A DNA stretch of 64,000 nucleotides from Sedimentisphaerales bacterium (lineage in GTDB: Bacteria > Planctomycetota > Phycisphaerae > Sedimentisphaerales > Anaerobacaceae), in assembly GCA_963708075.1 (NCBI GenBank), contig OY970194.1:3584001-3648000 (forward strand), written 5' to 3'. Positions within the stretch are counted from its first letter, which is position 1; the number at the start of each line of letters is the position of its first letter. Below the pieces are notes generated by a model. It saw only the letters and a list, made by a program, of their open reading frames with translations. It was not told the DNA's origin and searched no databases. The translations under genes were made by a program, and so were the position numbers. This document shows positions 20,530 to 32,707 of this stretch, piece by piece.

Positions 20530-23500
20530 TTATGGTGCGCCCGGCGTGGGGGACGACTCCTGCCGGCTCTGGCCGTCCAGCAGGTTCAACCCGCTTTCAA
20601 GAGGGGAAAGATCCTCTATTTTCACCAGGACGGCATCCATCGCCACGGAGATCAGGAAGTCCGAGCTGGTCGAGCCGCTGTTCATGCCATGAATGGCCAG
20701 GATGTTGGCCCCGGCCTTCAGATCGCTGATGAACGGGGAAATGTCGATGTAGTCATCGAAGCCCTGCGCGTTGGATTCGATGCTGCTATCGGCCTTCGAA
20801 TTCCATGAGGGCGTGCCGGTGAAGTTGCGCCGGGCGACCTCTTTGCCGTTGAGGTAGGCCACAAATCCGTCGTCGTACCGTATCTTCAGCGTCAGCTCGT
20901 TGACATCGGGGAGAGAACCCGCGTCCAGCGTGAACGGCGCGCGGATGTAGCACGTGTTGTTCTTGCCCGATCCATACATCTGGGCCTCCAGATCGAGGCT
21001 GATCAGTGACTCATAGTCGGTATCGCGGTCATAGCCCACCCCGCCGGGACTGCCCACGCACAACTTCCATCCGGAATCATTGAACGCCCTGCCGCCCTTC
21101 CAGTCGCCGCTGACGGAGCCGGTCGGAACAAGGACACGCTTGTCCGCCTGCTCCTGCACGACGGCGAGGCTGGTCCTGATGATCCGCTGAGTCCCCGGAT
21201 TCGCCGCCCCGGGCGTGGGCAAGGGGAAGTCGTCCAACTTGCTCGCCCCATCGGGTGTGCGACCCTGGGAGACATCGGGCGTCTGATGGCCATAGGTTAC
21301 CTTGTCGATCTCCTTCGCCTGGCTGTCGAACAGCCGGATGGTCCCTCCAGTAGTAGACAGGCGGAAGCCGACGTGCCCGGGGACATTGGACTTGTCTGCC
21401 AGGAGTACCGCGTGACCATTGCCTCCTATGAAGCTCAGCGGCTTTATCCGGCTCGCAACAGGAAGCGTCGCAGGGCCATCCGTCAGGTACATCCCTGCCA
21501 GGTCGACAGGATCAGCATCCGGGTTATAGAGCTCAATGAAGGCGTCGGCAACCAGCACCTCGGCATCGGCGAGCCATTCATTGATCCTGACCATGCCGGG
21601 ATTACCCAGCACCTGGGCAACGTTTTCCTGTCCGAGGGTGGGGACAGTCAGATGCCACTGGTCGTCATACCCGACTCGACCGATAGACAAATCCGCCGTT
21701 TGCCGGCCGAATTCGACGGAATCGACCAGCATTCTGGACTTGTTGTACAGGTAGAGAGCGCCGCCCTCCGGGTTCAGGACAAAACCAAGGTGCACGCCGG
21801 AGGTCTTGGCATCGGTGTCTGCATAGAGGACAAGGTATTGGCCCGGCATGATCTTCGAACCTGACGAGAATACGAACTTAACCGGAGGGGTCGCGCCATC
21901 CGTCAGGCTCATGCCCGACAGGTCGTACGAGGCCGCACCATCGTAGTACAGTTCGACCATGCCCGGGAACGTGCCCTCGTGGTCAACCGCCGACTCGTTG
22001 ACCACCAGAACCTCGCTGATGACAAGACGCTTGTAGGAGGAGTCCACGGTCCACGTGCGTGATGTCGTCACAACGGCATCCGTCCCGAGCAGCGGGTCGT
22101 TCTGGTACCAGCCGGCGTCGTTCTTGCCGATGACATCGACGTGGTGCGAGCCCTGGGCCAGGGCCGTGAGCGTGATCGGCGTGTCGATGGGCGTCTCGGC
22201 ACTCCAGGATTTGTCGTCCAGCCGCCATTGGTAATGGGTAAAACCGGAACCGAGAGGAAAGCCTGCCGTGGGAATGCCGCTACCGGTGCGATTCACACCC
22301 ACGAGAAGCGTGGCCACAGTCCTGCTGGTCTTTGGGGCCGGCTCGCCGGAGATGGAGACGCCGAGCGGAATCACGCCGCCCTTGTCCGCTCCGTTAGGGC
22401 CGGTGCCGCGGGCCGGGGACCCGTCCTGGAGGCTGAACCAGTCGCGCATGACCTGCGCGTCCTCCCAACTGGTGAACCGGGCTTCGGAGACATCGGGAAT
22501 GTGCTTGAGCATTGGATCGAGGGTCGTGTTGCCGCTGCCCGGGCCGTCCCAGGGTATCGGCAGGATGTTATTGTTGAAAGTCACCGTGGTCTGCTTGGCA
22601 TCGTAGCTGCGAACTAATTGCTCCGCATCGACGATGATATTGCCTTCCAGGTAGAACCCCTTGCCAAACGCGGATAAACTTGGGGTCGTGTCACGGACAC
22701 AGACCACGCCGGATGCGGCATCCTCCCCGCCCTTCTTGGTCGTGTGGACGATGGTGTTGTTGATGAGGGTGTAGAAGTTACCCTCCTTGGCTGTCGCCGC
22801 GTTGTCGCAGTCGAACATCAGGTTGCCAAGGATCGTGACCTCCGCCGTGCGGCCACTGCTACTGCCGGCCGAAACTGCGGCGGAGCTGTCCGGCGATCCA
22901 TTGCGATGAACATGCAGAAAGATATTGCCTTCGACCCAGACGTCCGTACCGTCGATGTCCATGAGGTCATCGTCGGACCCGATGAAGACATTATTGCAGA
23001 CCTGGAGAATCGGTTGATCCTGGTCCCGCTGGCCGCCCGAGAAGCCCAGGGCGTCATTGTGGCCCTTGGTCTTGCCCAGGAAGCAGTGTCGCAGGATGCC
23101 ACGGCCGCCCGCCTTGATGCCGCCGCTGCCTTTGACCAACTCGACCGAGGCCGTGGGCGTCGGGAAATGACAATCGCTGATGACAAACGAGGCCCCCTTG
23201 AGCGAGACGTACTGGTGCGTGGTCGTGACGAAGGTGGCGTGGTCAAGGAACAGCGTGCCACCGGTCACCTGGACACAGGTACTGCCATTGCCCTCGAAGG
23301 ATATATAAGCCATACGTGTCTCCGGCGAGTCGCCCGCGCCGTTGATCGTAATGCCGCCCCAACTTGCACTGGAGCCAGCCGGCCTGGTGAAACGAATCCC
23401 CTTCGCCTCCGTCCCCTCCGCCAAGATGCACCCGCCATCAGCTACAGTGATGTTGACCCCCGAGGCCAAATACACGGTAACGCCCGGCTGGATGGTCAGC

Positions 23501-23709
23501 GTACGTTTGTCGGGGATGGTAAGACTGCCGGTGAGCTGATAGGGACTTGCGGCAGCGGCCCAGACCTCATCGCTCGCCAGAGTGCCGCCGGCCCTGGTCG
23601 TTGTGGCTTGGATCGTGTACTGAGGCCCCGCGTCGGCAGTGCCGAAAGTATGGACGACCACGCTGGACGATAACACGGCCCAGACACAGAAGAGTCTTCC
23701 CATTGACAA
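20530..23709 (-). CDS. Secreted lamin-tail-domain protein with parallel beta-helix and C-terminal beta-sandwich
   Basis: Signal peptide; LTIQPGVTVYL/GTEAKGIRFT beta-helix lead-in; LTD motifs LVISEVL and VRINEWLA; IRYDDGFVAYLNGKEVARRN. Confidence 0.8.
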   Translation of the reverse strand: MSMGRLFCVWAVLSSSVVVHTFGTADAGPQYTIQATTTRAGGTLASDEVWAAAASPYQLTGSLTIPDKRTLTIQPGVTVYLASGVNITVADGGCILAEGTEAKGIRFTRPAGSSASWGGITINGAGDSPETRMAYISFEGNGSTCVQVTGGTLFLDHATFVTTTHQYVSLKGASFVISDCHFPTPTASVELVKGSGGIKAGGRGILRHCFLGKTKGHNDALGFSGGQRDQDQPILQVCNNVFIGSDDDLMDIDGTDVWVEGNIFLHVHRNGSPDSSAAVSAGSSSGRTAEVTILGNLMFDCDNAATAKEGNFYTLINNTIVHTTKKGGEDAASGVVCVRDTTPSLSAFGKGFYLEGNIIVDAEQLVRSYDAKQTTVTFNNNILPIPWDGPGSGNTTLDPMLKHIPDVSEARFTSWEDAQVMRDWFSLQDGSPARGTGPNGADKGGVIPLGVSISGEPAPKTSRTVATLLVGVNRTGSGIPTAGFPLGSGFTHYQWRLDDKSWSAETPIDTPITLTALAQGSHHVDVIGKNDAGWYQNDPLLGTDAVVTTSRTWTVDSSYKRLVISEVLVVNESAVDHEGTFPGMVELYYDGAASYDLSGMSLTDGATPPVKFVFSSGSKIMPGQYLVLYADTDAKTSGVHLGFVLNPEGGALYLYNKSRMLVDSVEFGRQTADLSIGRVGYDDQWHLTVPTLGQENVAQVLGNPGMVRINEWLADAEVLVADAFIELYNPDADPVDLAGMYLTDGPATLPVASRIKPLSFIGGNGHAVLLADKSNVPGHVGFRLSTTGGTIRLFDSQAKEIDKVTYGHQTPDVSQGRTPDGASKLDDFPLPTPGAANPGTQRIIRTSLAVVQEQADKRVLVPTGSVSGDWKGGRAFNDSGWKLCVGSPGGVGYDRDTDYESLISLDLEAQMYGSGKNNTCYIRAPFTLDAGSLPDVNELTLKIRYDDGFVAYLNGKEVARRNFTGTPSWNSKADSSIESNAQGFDDYIDISPFISDLKAGANILAIHGMNSGSTSSDFLISVAMDAVLVKIEDLSPLESGLNLLDGQSRQESSPTPGAP

Positions 23710-23739
23710 TCTTCCTGTACAAGCCGGTCTGAGCCGGCG

Positions 23740-26700
23740 TCACGGTTTACCCGGCGTGGGGGACGACTCCTGCCAGCTTTCGGAATCATTCCAGGTCGCG
23801 GGCGCGCCGGCAGGATCGAGAATCGTCAGGGACTTGCCGCCGCCGTCCGTCGAGGCGTACCACGTGTTGCTGTATTTGAATCGCAGGATGGCCGCATCCA
23901 AAGGAGCCGGCAACTGCAGCACGATGTCCTCGCCGGTGTTGTTCAGATTGCCGCTGTACTGTCCGGCGACCTTGGGCACTGCGCCGTAAGCCGACCGGAA
24001 CGAAGCCGGATCGGCCACGACCACTGTGTATTCTCCCGGCTGCAACAGCATCGCCGGGAACACGAAGCTTATGCCATGGCTGAACCGGACGCCATTCACG
24101 TCGAGCACCTTGTCGCTCACATTCGCAAGCTCGACATAGTCATAGCTGCCCCCCTGCGGCGAATGGTACATGAGCTCCGTGATGCGCAGACCGTCCAGCA
24201 GATCCAGTTCGCGCTGGTAGGCGGTTTGGCCTTCCACTTTCACGGACACCGCGTCCATTGCCGCGTTAATGAGAAAGTCCGAGCTGGTCACGCCGCTGTT
24301 CATCGCCTGAATGGCCAGAAGATTCGCCCCCGGCTTCAAGTCACCCTTGTATTGGGAGATGTTCACGGACTCATCCCAGCCCTGCCCGACGGATTCCCCG
24401 GAGCTGTCGGCGTGCGAATTCCACGAGGGCGTGCCTGTGAATTCGGCCCGAGCCACCTCTTTGCCATTTAGATAGGCGATAAAGCCGTCGTCGTACCGCA
24501 CCTTCAGCGTCAGTCCGTTGACGTCGGCAAGGGTGTTCACACCCAGGGTGAATGGAATGCGGATATAGCAGGAGTTGTTCTTGCCGCTACCGTACATCTC
24601 GGCCTCGGTGTCGAGCGTAATCAATGATCTATAGCCCTGGCCCCTCTCGAAGCCGACCCCACCCGGCGCCGGTGCAGAGGGCCCAGGTCGAATCATCGAA
24701 CGGCCCGCCGCCCTTCCAATCGTCGCTGATAGCGGCGGTGGGAACCAGGACTCTCTTGCTCGCCGCTTCCTCAATGATCGCCAGGGCCGTAGTAGTGGTC
24801 TTCTTCGACTGCGGGTTCGCCACCCCGGGTGTGGGCAATGGAAGAAGCTCGATACGATCGGCGCCATCCGGCGTGCGACCCTCGGAGACATCCGTGGTCT
24901 GCGATCCATAGAGGACCTTGTCCACCTCTCTCATCTCACTGTCAAACAGCCCTATGATCCCTCCATCGGACGACAGGCGGAAACCAAGATGGCCGGGGTC
25001 ACTGGAGCTGTCCGCCCGGAGCACCGCATGGCCATTGCCCGCCACGAAGGTCAACGGCCCTATCCTCGGCGGATCAGGCCAGATCGCGCAGTTGTCCGTC
25101 AGGGACATTCCGGCCAGGTCCACAGGGTCCGGGTGCGGATTGTAGATCTCGATGAAATCGTCTGCAAACAGGACCTGTCCGTTGGCGAGCCACTCGTTGA
25201 TCTTGAGGGTGTTGGCGGGGCCGGCGGATAGGCGATATTGGCCTGCCCGAAGGTGGGAATGGCCAGTTGCCACTGCCCGCCGGGTCCGACTCGGCCGATG
25301 GACAGATCGGGCAACTGCCGGCCGAACTGAACTGAGTCGAGCAGCGCACCATCCCTGTCATATAGATAGATCGCGTCGCCTTCGTCCGCCAGGGCGAACC
25401 CGAGGTGCAGGCCGGATGTCACGGCGTTGGCGTCGGCAAACACGACCAGATACTTGCCGGGGGCAATCGTCGCGCCGGCGGGGAACACAAACTTGTCCGG
25501 CTGTTGCGGGTCGTCGCTGAGACTCATTCCAGCCAGGCTCATCGCCGCCGGACCCTCGTAGTACAGCTCGACCACATCGGGGAAAGTCCCTTCATGATCG
25601 TAGGTCGTCTCATTGACCGCCAGCACCTCGTTGATGACAAGCTGCCGGTGCGATGTGTCCACCGTCCAGGTCGCCGTCGTCGGCTGGCTTTCCTCCTGCC
25701 AAACGCCCTCGGAGTTCTTCCTGATGACCGAGACCGTGTAGCTCCCGTTGGCCAGCCCCGTCAGCCGGATCGCCTGCGGCTTGCGAGTCCAGACATCAAG
25801 ATGCTCCGGGTGGGCGAGATTCACGGACGTCGGCAGTGTGTAAGAGAAACCGCCGGGCGTGACCGCCGTGACCGTGAACTGCCCGTTGTAGGCGGCGACG
25901 TCGGCTCCGGTGATTTCCACAATGTCACCAACCGCCAGGCCGTGGTTGGCGACCGTCGCCGTGGCGGTGACACCGCTATGCGTAAGGGCCGTGACGCGCA
26001 TCATGCGGGCCAGCTCGGTGCTCCAGGTGTTGTCGAAACCCGGGCCGGCGATGCGATACTTGTAGCCGTACATATCGGCGCCACCGACGGCAAGGGTGGC
26101 TTCCGTTCTCGAAGTGGGCGAGGCCGGGACACCTCCGATCGTTGCAGCGGCCGGGGCATAGAAGCCCATATCCACGCCGTTGAGTCCGCTGCCGCGAGCC
26201 GACGATTCCGGACGCAGGTGCACGTCGGGAATCATGCCTTCGAGGAGATATCCACTTTCAGCAAACCCCGGAAAGCCGGTGCTGAATCGGGACAGAGTCA
26301 TGTCCACGTACAGTTCGCGGTCCGCATCCACCAGGAGCGGATCAGCGTCGATATTTCCCGTGCCGAGATCGAGGAAGTCGCCGCCAACAATGGAGTTGTT
26401 GACCGTGAGCTGGGTGTTCTCAGGATTCACGAGAGTGCCGGTGCCGTTGTCGGTAGAGGTGCCATGGACCTCGGGGCCGTTGTTCCAAAAGATGCAGTTC
26501 TCAACATATGCGGCCCGGCCGGGGCTACCCACATTGCTGCCGACGTATTCATTGAGCAGGATCGCACCGGCGTTCTGAATGAACACGTTGTTGTAGATCT
26601 CCGCGTACGCGCCGGTCTTGTTGAGGATGCCGTAATCGCCGTGGTAGAAGATGTTCCGCACGACGACCAGATGCTGGGATTCAAGGTTGTCGGCGCTGGC

Positions 26701-29700
26701 AGAGCCGCCGCCGGTGCCGGTGGTGACGGCGGCCGAGGCGCTGCGGGCACTGTTGCCCACGTTGACATGCATGAAGAGATTGCCTTCGATGTGCGTGTCG
26801 GTCTCGTTGTCGTCGACGATGTCGTCGCCGCCGCCGGTGAAGACGTTGTTGAGGATCTGAGCTACGGGACCGCCTTTGACGCTGACGGAATTGAGGTGAA
26901 AGATGTCGGTGTCGCCGTGGGAATGGCCAAAGAGGTTGCCTTCGATGATGAACCAGCCGTCGGCGGGCATGCGCTCGGCCATGACCATGTAGTGACTTCC
27001 GAGATCGGCGAAGACACTGTTGCGAACGATGATCTGGGGGTCCCAGATGCTGAAGTACTGGGTATCGGAGCCGCTGAAGGTGGCATGATCGACGGTCAGC
27101 CGGGCCGTGGGGCCGACGGTGCTGCCGCTATTGTTGCCCGTGGTGATCCAGTGAGAGCGCGAGCCGCCGAATTCCAGGTCCGCATAGGCGATAATGTTGT
27201 CCTGCTTGGAGTCCGGGATCTGGAACCCGGCCCACTGCGTGGTCGTGCCGGGCAAACGCGTGAAACGAATCCGCCGGTACTCCGTGCCCTGGGCCACCAG
27301 CCGGCCATGAATAGTGAAGCCGACACTTGCGTCCAGAAAGAGGGTGGTACCGGGCTCGATCGTCAGGGTCCTGCCGGCGGGGATGTTGACATTGCCCGTG
27401 ACGTGGTAAGGACCGTCGGCGGCTGTCCAGGTTTCATCGGCACTGAGAGTTCCGCCGGCCTTGGTGGTCGGGACGCCGGTGTCGCTCCAGATATCGATGC
27501 TGGAACGATCGATCTCGCTGTCGTTTGCGTCAAAGGCCTGAACGACAATGCGGTTGATGCCGGGGAGGATGCCGACGCTGGCGATGGACCACTCGGCCTG
27601 CAAGGCGGTCCAGACGGCAGGTCGACCGTTGACGGTCACCCGCCGGGTGCGTACCGCATTAGCCGTGCCGGCAAGCGGGATCGCGTTGGACCTGGCGTGG
27701 ACAAAGCCGTCCGGCTCGGCAGGACCGGTCGTGATCGTGATGGACTGCGGGATCTGGGCCAACACCGCGGCCCTGCGGTTCCTGACGAACTGCTTCATTG
27801 CGGCGATGCGGTCCGCCGGCGTAAATTTCCCCAGGACCTGATCGAACAGCGGATCGAGCTTCTCAGGGCGAAAGATCTGATCGGTGACGTCCAGAAGTGC
27901 CTGATAGTAAAGGCGAATGATTTCCGGATGGCCGAGGAATCGCTTTAGTCCTTCCACGCCGTTCCAACTGGAATTGGGCGCGCCGGTAACGATCGTGAAG
28001 ATGCTTTGATCGACAGAGCCATGGGTGTTTCCCTGGTCCAGGATCGTATCGAGGTCGTGGGGAATCAGCACGAAGCGGGGATCCGTGGCACCCCGGTACA
28101 TGAAGTAGTCATCTCCGATGCCCATGCGGAGTCCCGTCTCGAGGTTCAACAGGCACGAGTCCAGCGCGATGTAACGCAGCCACTGCGAAATGTTGATGAC
28201 CCTGCCGACCTCCTGCTCATAGGTGGCGTCGGGCGCGTTGTTGAGCACGTCTACCAACTGGATCAAGTCCGACCAGTCGTCCTGCGAGGCATGGTTGGCC
28301 TTGAAGTAGCGGTTGCGATACCTGTCAGGGTCGGTGCCTTCATATCGCAGGTCGGCCTCGTTCGAGCCAGTCCGGAAGCACGTATAAAGGTTGCCGTCGG
28401 GGTCGTCGGAGAAGTGCTTGCCGGCAAAATCGTCATCGAATGCATCGAAGCGAGCGTACACGCCAAACATGGGACTGCCGGAATAGGCCAGATTGTCGCC
28501 GTTGATCCGCAACTGCACGGCTGCGGCATCGGCGGTGGCGATGCCCGCCATGCGGAAGATCGCACTGCCGATGATCTGCGCGTTCGTGTACCGACAGTTG
28601 AAGTTGATCGCACTGAGGCCCTTCCACAGCCCATCGCGCGGGAAGCTGACGTGGTAGTTGTTGGGCGGCCCATTTCGCGTGCCATGGCCGCGATTGCGAA
28701 TCCCTGCGCGGTAGCCCATCTCGACGCCCGTGCCGTCTATGCTGATGAACGTGCCGTTCATTTGGGAGTCGGGCCCATCGTTGCCGCTATGACTGCCGAT
28801 GTAGGCCAGACGGCCGCGCTCCATTTCCGTCATAATCAGGTAGTACAGCGGCTGGCTGCCGGCCTGCCAGTAGGTATCGGGATCGAGCGTCGCATCCACA
28901 CGATACAAGACGTTGGTCACCTGCTGCCACTGGCCATCCACGAGACTCGGGGCCGGCCACGTGCGGACCTTGCCCTCGACATCGATAGCCTCGACGTAGA
29001 ACTCGATGACGGCGCCGTCCGGCTGCGCAGGAATCCGGGCCCCGTAGAGGCCGTCACCGGCCGCACCGTCATCACTGGTCCCATCGTCAGACATCGCCAC
29101 GCCGATGAAATCGCTTCCGACCTGCGGATAGACACCCGTCCCGGCATAGATGGACCGATCCACGCGATACCACAGCCGAACCACCGCACTCTGGACGGAT
29201 TCATCGATTACCCTGGCCACAACCGTCACAGGATCGGCGGGTCCAGGAATCGGGGGATTATGCCGCACCTTAGGAATCACCGGCGCGATGTTATCCGCGG
29301 CGACGGAATTGGCTCTTCCCGGCGTCCCGCCATCCACCAGGCTCGCGGCCCAGTTCTGGCCAGACTCGTTCGGCATGGCCGCACTGATCAATTCCAGCGA
29401 CTTGCCACCGCCGTCCGTTTCCTCCGACCACTGCCACCCGCGATGACTCTGTTCCACCGGCCCAAGCTCGCGTACGGCCCAGTCACCCTCGTCGGCGTAT
29501 CGGACTTCGTTGATCACTGCCCCCGCCTCATCCACGAGTTGGATTCTCTCGCCGGAGTTGCTCAGCCATCCGGTCCAGCCACCCACCACGTTCGTCACTT
29601 CGGGATGCGCGGCCAAGAAGACACTGGTATCAGCCGCTACGACGAGGTACTCCCCGGCATTCAACACCACGTCCGGGAACACGTACTCAGCGCCGTCACT

Positions 29701-30417
29701 GAGTCCCCAGCCCGCCAAGCTAGCCGGTGCAGCCCCGGCGTTGAACAACTCGATCCACTCCTGCCTCTTGTCCTCAGCAGCCGGTGCCGCATGAGGGGGA
29801 TGAAACATGATCTCCGAGATGATGACATTCGCGGCTGCCGCCTGGTTGGATTTGCCCGGCGTAGGCCTCGCCAGGCCCTGCCACTGGTCGGCTCCATCGG
29901 GCAATCGGCCCAAAGAGACATCCGCCTCCTGGGATTGAAAAGTCACGCTGTCCAGCAGGTTGCTCTGGGCATCGTACAGGCCGATGGACTCGCCGCCGGC
30001 GCTGAGCTTGAAGTTCGCATGAAGCGGTCCCTGCTCGCCCTCCTGATCAGCCCAGACAAGCAAGAAGCCATGGGCCGGAATGGTCGTGACAGCAGGGTCA
30101 CCCATGGGGATCCGCCACTTCGTCGGGTCGGACAGGTCATCGCTGAGATAACACCCGGCGAGATTGACGGCGCTGTCGCCGTTATTGTACAGCTCGATCC
30201 AATCGTCAAAATCGCCGTGCGAGTCCTGGACGGAGCCGACGTTCTGGGCCATGAACTCGTTGATGGCGACGGTGGGCTTTCCGGTGGCTCCGCCCTGGCC
30301 GAGGACCACGGCCGAAAATGCCGACACCAGAACCAGCACGGAAATCATCCTGATTAAGCTGCATATTATCGGCCCTGATCCCTGGGACTGCACCCTCGCC
30401 ATTAGATTCTTAGCCAT
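23740..30417 (-). CDS. Very large (about 2,220 aa if corrected) lamin-tail/CotH-kinase/beta-helix surface protein, with apparent frameshifts near 25225 and 24665
   Basis: ORF pieces 25099-30417, 24629-25273 and 23740-24909 join into one protein colinear with the 20530-23709 paralogue. CotH motifs GIRNRGHGTR and GDDYFMY...LIPHDLD; several LTD motifs (AINEFMA, IISEIMFHP, VINEVLA, KINEWLA, RITELMYH). Confidence 0.82.
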
Positions 30418-30553
30418 CGAAGCCTCAAAGCAAAACCACCCTCACACGTGGCGGGTGAAGTATGTTCATTGTAGCGAAAACGAGGCCCTGAGTCAATACC
30501 AGCGTCGCGATAGCGGCGGGACAGTCATGCCCCGTGCCAGGTAGATGTTTCTT

Positions 30554-30578
30554 GTAGAGACGCAACATTTCGCGTCTC
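30554..30578. repeat. Single GTAG-type REP-like hairpin
   Basis: GTAGAGACGCAACATTTCGCGTCTC. Confidence 0.55.
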
Positions 30579-30596
30579 CCCCGGCCCGCATGACGG

Positions 30597-32009
30597 CTAT
30601 TTGGATCGCTTGGCCTTTTTCGGATTGTAGTCAGGATTGGGGGACATGCTCTGCGCGCCGACGTCGTATCGCCACAGTTCGAGCATGCGGCGCATCTGCT
30701 CGGCCTTCGCCGGCATCCTGGTCGCAAGATTATTCCGCTCGCCGGGATCATCCTTGAGGTTGTAGAGTTCGAGACGGTGCCGGTCGGCGTGGACGCTCGG
30801 GTCGAGCCATTCGATGAGCTTGTAATCCCCCACTCGCACGGCCCCGCACGGCCCGATGCTGCTGCCGTGATAGTGGGGATAATGCCAGTAGATCGCCGGG
30901 CGATTCGATAAGCCGCTCCCGGTCAGCAGCGGCCGAAGGCTGACGCCGTCGATCGGGCCTTTGCCGGCCTCCTTCGCCTGGAGGACGTCACGGAAGGTCG
31001 GGAAGAAATCCGTACTAATCACCGGTTCGCTGCAGGTGTTTCCAGGCTTGACGACGCCGGGCCAGCGGACAATCAAGGGGACACGGATGCCGCCCTCGTA
31101 GAGATTGGCCTTGCCGCTTCGACGAGGAGTCTGCTGCGCGTCCGCTTCGAGCCCGCCGTTATCGGAGAAGAAAATGACGATCGTGTCGTCCGGGAGCTTG
31201 AGTTCCTCCAGTTTCCGGAGCACCCTGCCGACGCTTCCGTCCAGTTCCTCCATCATGGCCGCAATGACGGGGTTGTTCTCCGGCCGGTCCGCGCCGGGCC
31301 TGGCTTTGTGCTTCTCCACAAGGCGCGCCTTGCTCATGATCGGCGCGTGGATGCTGTTGTGGGCCATGAGCAGAAAGAACGGCTCGTCCCTCTTCGCTTG
31401 GAGAAAGGCCAGCGACCTCTGCGTGATCTCCTCAACGTGGTGTGCATCCGTTTCCGGGTCCTGTTTCGACGACGGCTTCTCGCAAATGAACGTTTCGTCG
31501 AAGCCTTGCTTGTCGGGATCGTATGGTGCGCTGGCCGGCGGCAGTTTGGCCGTGCTCAAATGCCACTTGCCGAAACTGGCCGTGACATAGCCCTGTTCTT
31601 TGAAGAGTTCCGCAATCGTGAATTCCTCCAACGGCAGAAACTTCTGCCAGTCCGGCTGCAGCAGCCTCTCGTACGGGAAGTCGCCCCCGGCGATGAAATC
31701 GGTGATATGCAGCCGGGCCGGGTACTTGCCCGTCATGATGCTCGCGCGCGTCGGCGAGCACACCGGACACGCCGCGTACGCATCCGTGAACCTCATCCCC
31801 TCGCGAGCCAGTCGATCGATGTTGGGCGTCTCATAGAACCCGTTCCCATAGCACCCCACCTGCGCCCAGCCCAAATCATCCGCCAGAATGAACACCACGT
31901 TCGGCCTTCTCTTAGCCCCCGCGCCTGCGCGCACCACGCTGCCAAGTCCGGACAACATGGCCCCCGCAACGCCGAAACCCATGGATAGAACGAACTCACG
32001 TCGACGCAT
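30597..32009 (-). CDS. Formylglycine-dependent sulfatase (S1), Tat-exported
   Basis: Tat signal MRRREFVL; PNVVFILADDLG; CSPTRASIMTG (CxPxR); GKWHL; FFSDNGG; LYEGGIRVP. Confidence 0.93.
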   Translation of the reverse strand: MRRREFVLSMGFGVAGAMLSGLGSVVRAGAGAKRRPNVVFILADDLGWAQVGCYGNGFYETPNIDRLAREGMRFTDAYAACPVCSPTRASIMTGKYPARLHITDFIAGGDFPYERLLQPDWQKFLPLEEFTIAELFKEQGYVTASFGKWHLSTAKLPPASAPYDPDKQGFDETFICEKPSSKQDPETDAHHVEEITQRSLAFLQAKRDEPFFLLMAHNSIHAPIMSKARLVEKHKARPGADRPENNPVIAAMMEELDGSVGRVLRKLEELKLPDDTIVIFFSDNGGLEADAQQTPRRSGKANLYEGGIRVPLIVRWPGVVKPGNTCSEPVISTDFFPTFRDVLQAKEAGKGPIDGVSLRPLLTGSGLSNRPAIYWHYPHYHGSSIGPCGAVRVGDYKLIEWLDPSVHADRHRLELYNLKDDPGERNNLATRMPAKAEQMRRMLELWRYDVGAQSMSPNPDYNPKKAKRSK

Positions 32010-32167
32010 GATTGGCTCCTTGTCACTCAATGCTCTGCTCGATGAACAGGATATCCGATTCATCGGGAGAAGTCGAGCGAGCACTGCATGGAAGACGTTC
32101 AGACGCGCAATAAGAAAGGGGAGCATAAGCTCCCCTTCGGTGGCGGTGTGACGATTCTTGCCGGGGA

Positions 32168-32338
32168 CTAGTTTTCCCGTCCGTAGCCCTCAAGCGATAT
32201 CGTAAGCTCAGTAAACTCTTTGGAGGTGATAATCCTGTCTTCCACCAGCTCTTTGAGAATGAAGAAGACCCAGGATACACCGTCGCTGTTTCTTGTTCGT
32301 ACACATTTGTATTCTTCGGGCAGATTCGGTGGATACAC
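32168..32338 (-). CDS. Small hypothetical protein (56 aa; below the ORF-track cutoff)
   Basis: GTG start after an AGAGGTG SD-like sequence, 9 nt downstream of the previous ORF's stop. Translation: MYPPNLPEEYKCVRTRNSDGVSWVFFILKELVEDRIITSKEFTELTISLEGYGREN. Confidence 0.4.
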   Translation of the reverse strand: MYPPNLPEEYKCVRTRNSDGVSWVFFILKELVEDRIITSKEFTELTISLEGYGREN

Positions 32339-32347
32339 AAGACACCT

Positions 32348-32707
32348 CTACTTTACAAGTTCTACAAGTGTGGCGTACAAAAACATGACCTGCTCCAGCC
32401 CTCCTTCTTCTCCGAGACACCAGGCCCTGTTCCACAGCATATTGGCCTTGGCATGCTCTCTCATGCGGAACGCCTCCTCCAGGGCCGCCCGGAATTTCCT
32501 TCTGCGGTCCAGTTCGGCTTGCAGGCACGTATGGGACGGCTCTCGCGGGATGGAACACTTCGCACGCTCCAGCGCCTCGATATACGCCTGTAACGCCTGG
32601 ATCTGCTGGTCGAACATCGATTGAGCCGGGTCCTGCTCCTCCAGAAAGAATGAGTTGTCAAACTCCCCCTCTTGAATCCGCTCTAAGAGTGACTTCTGGT
32701 TCTTCAT
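32348..32707 (-). CDS. Hypothetical helical protein
   Basis: ATG preceded by GGAAGAAAGG; protein-like composition (MKNQKSLLERIQEGEFDNSFF...). Confidence 0.55.
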   Translation of the reverse strand: MKNQKSLLERIQEGEFDNSFFLEEQDPAQSMFDQQIQALQAYIEALERAKCSIPREPSHTCLQAELDRRRKFRAALEEAFRMREHAKANMLWNRAWCLGEEGGLEQVMFLYATLVELVK

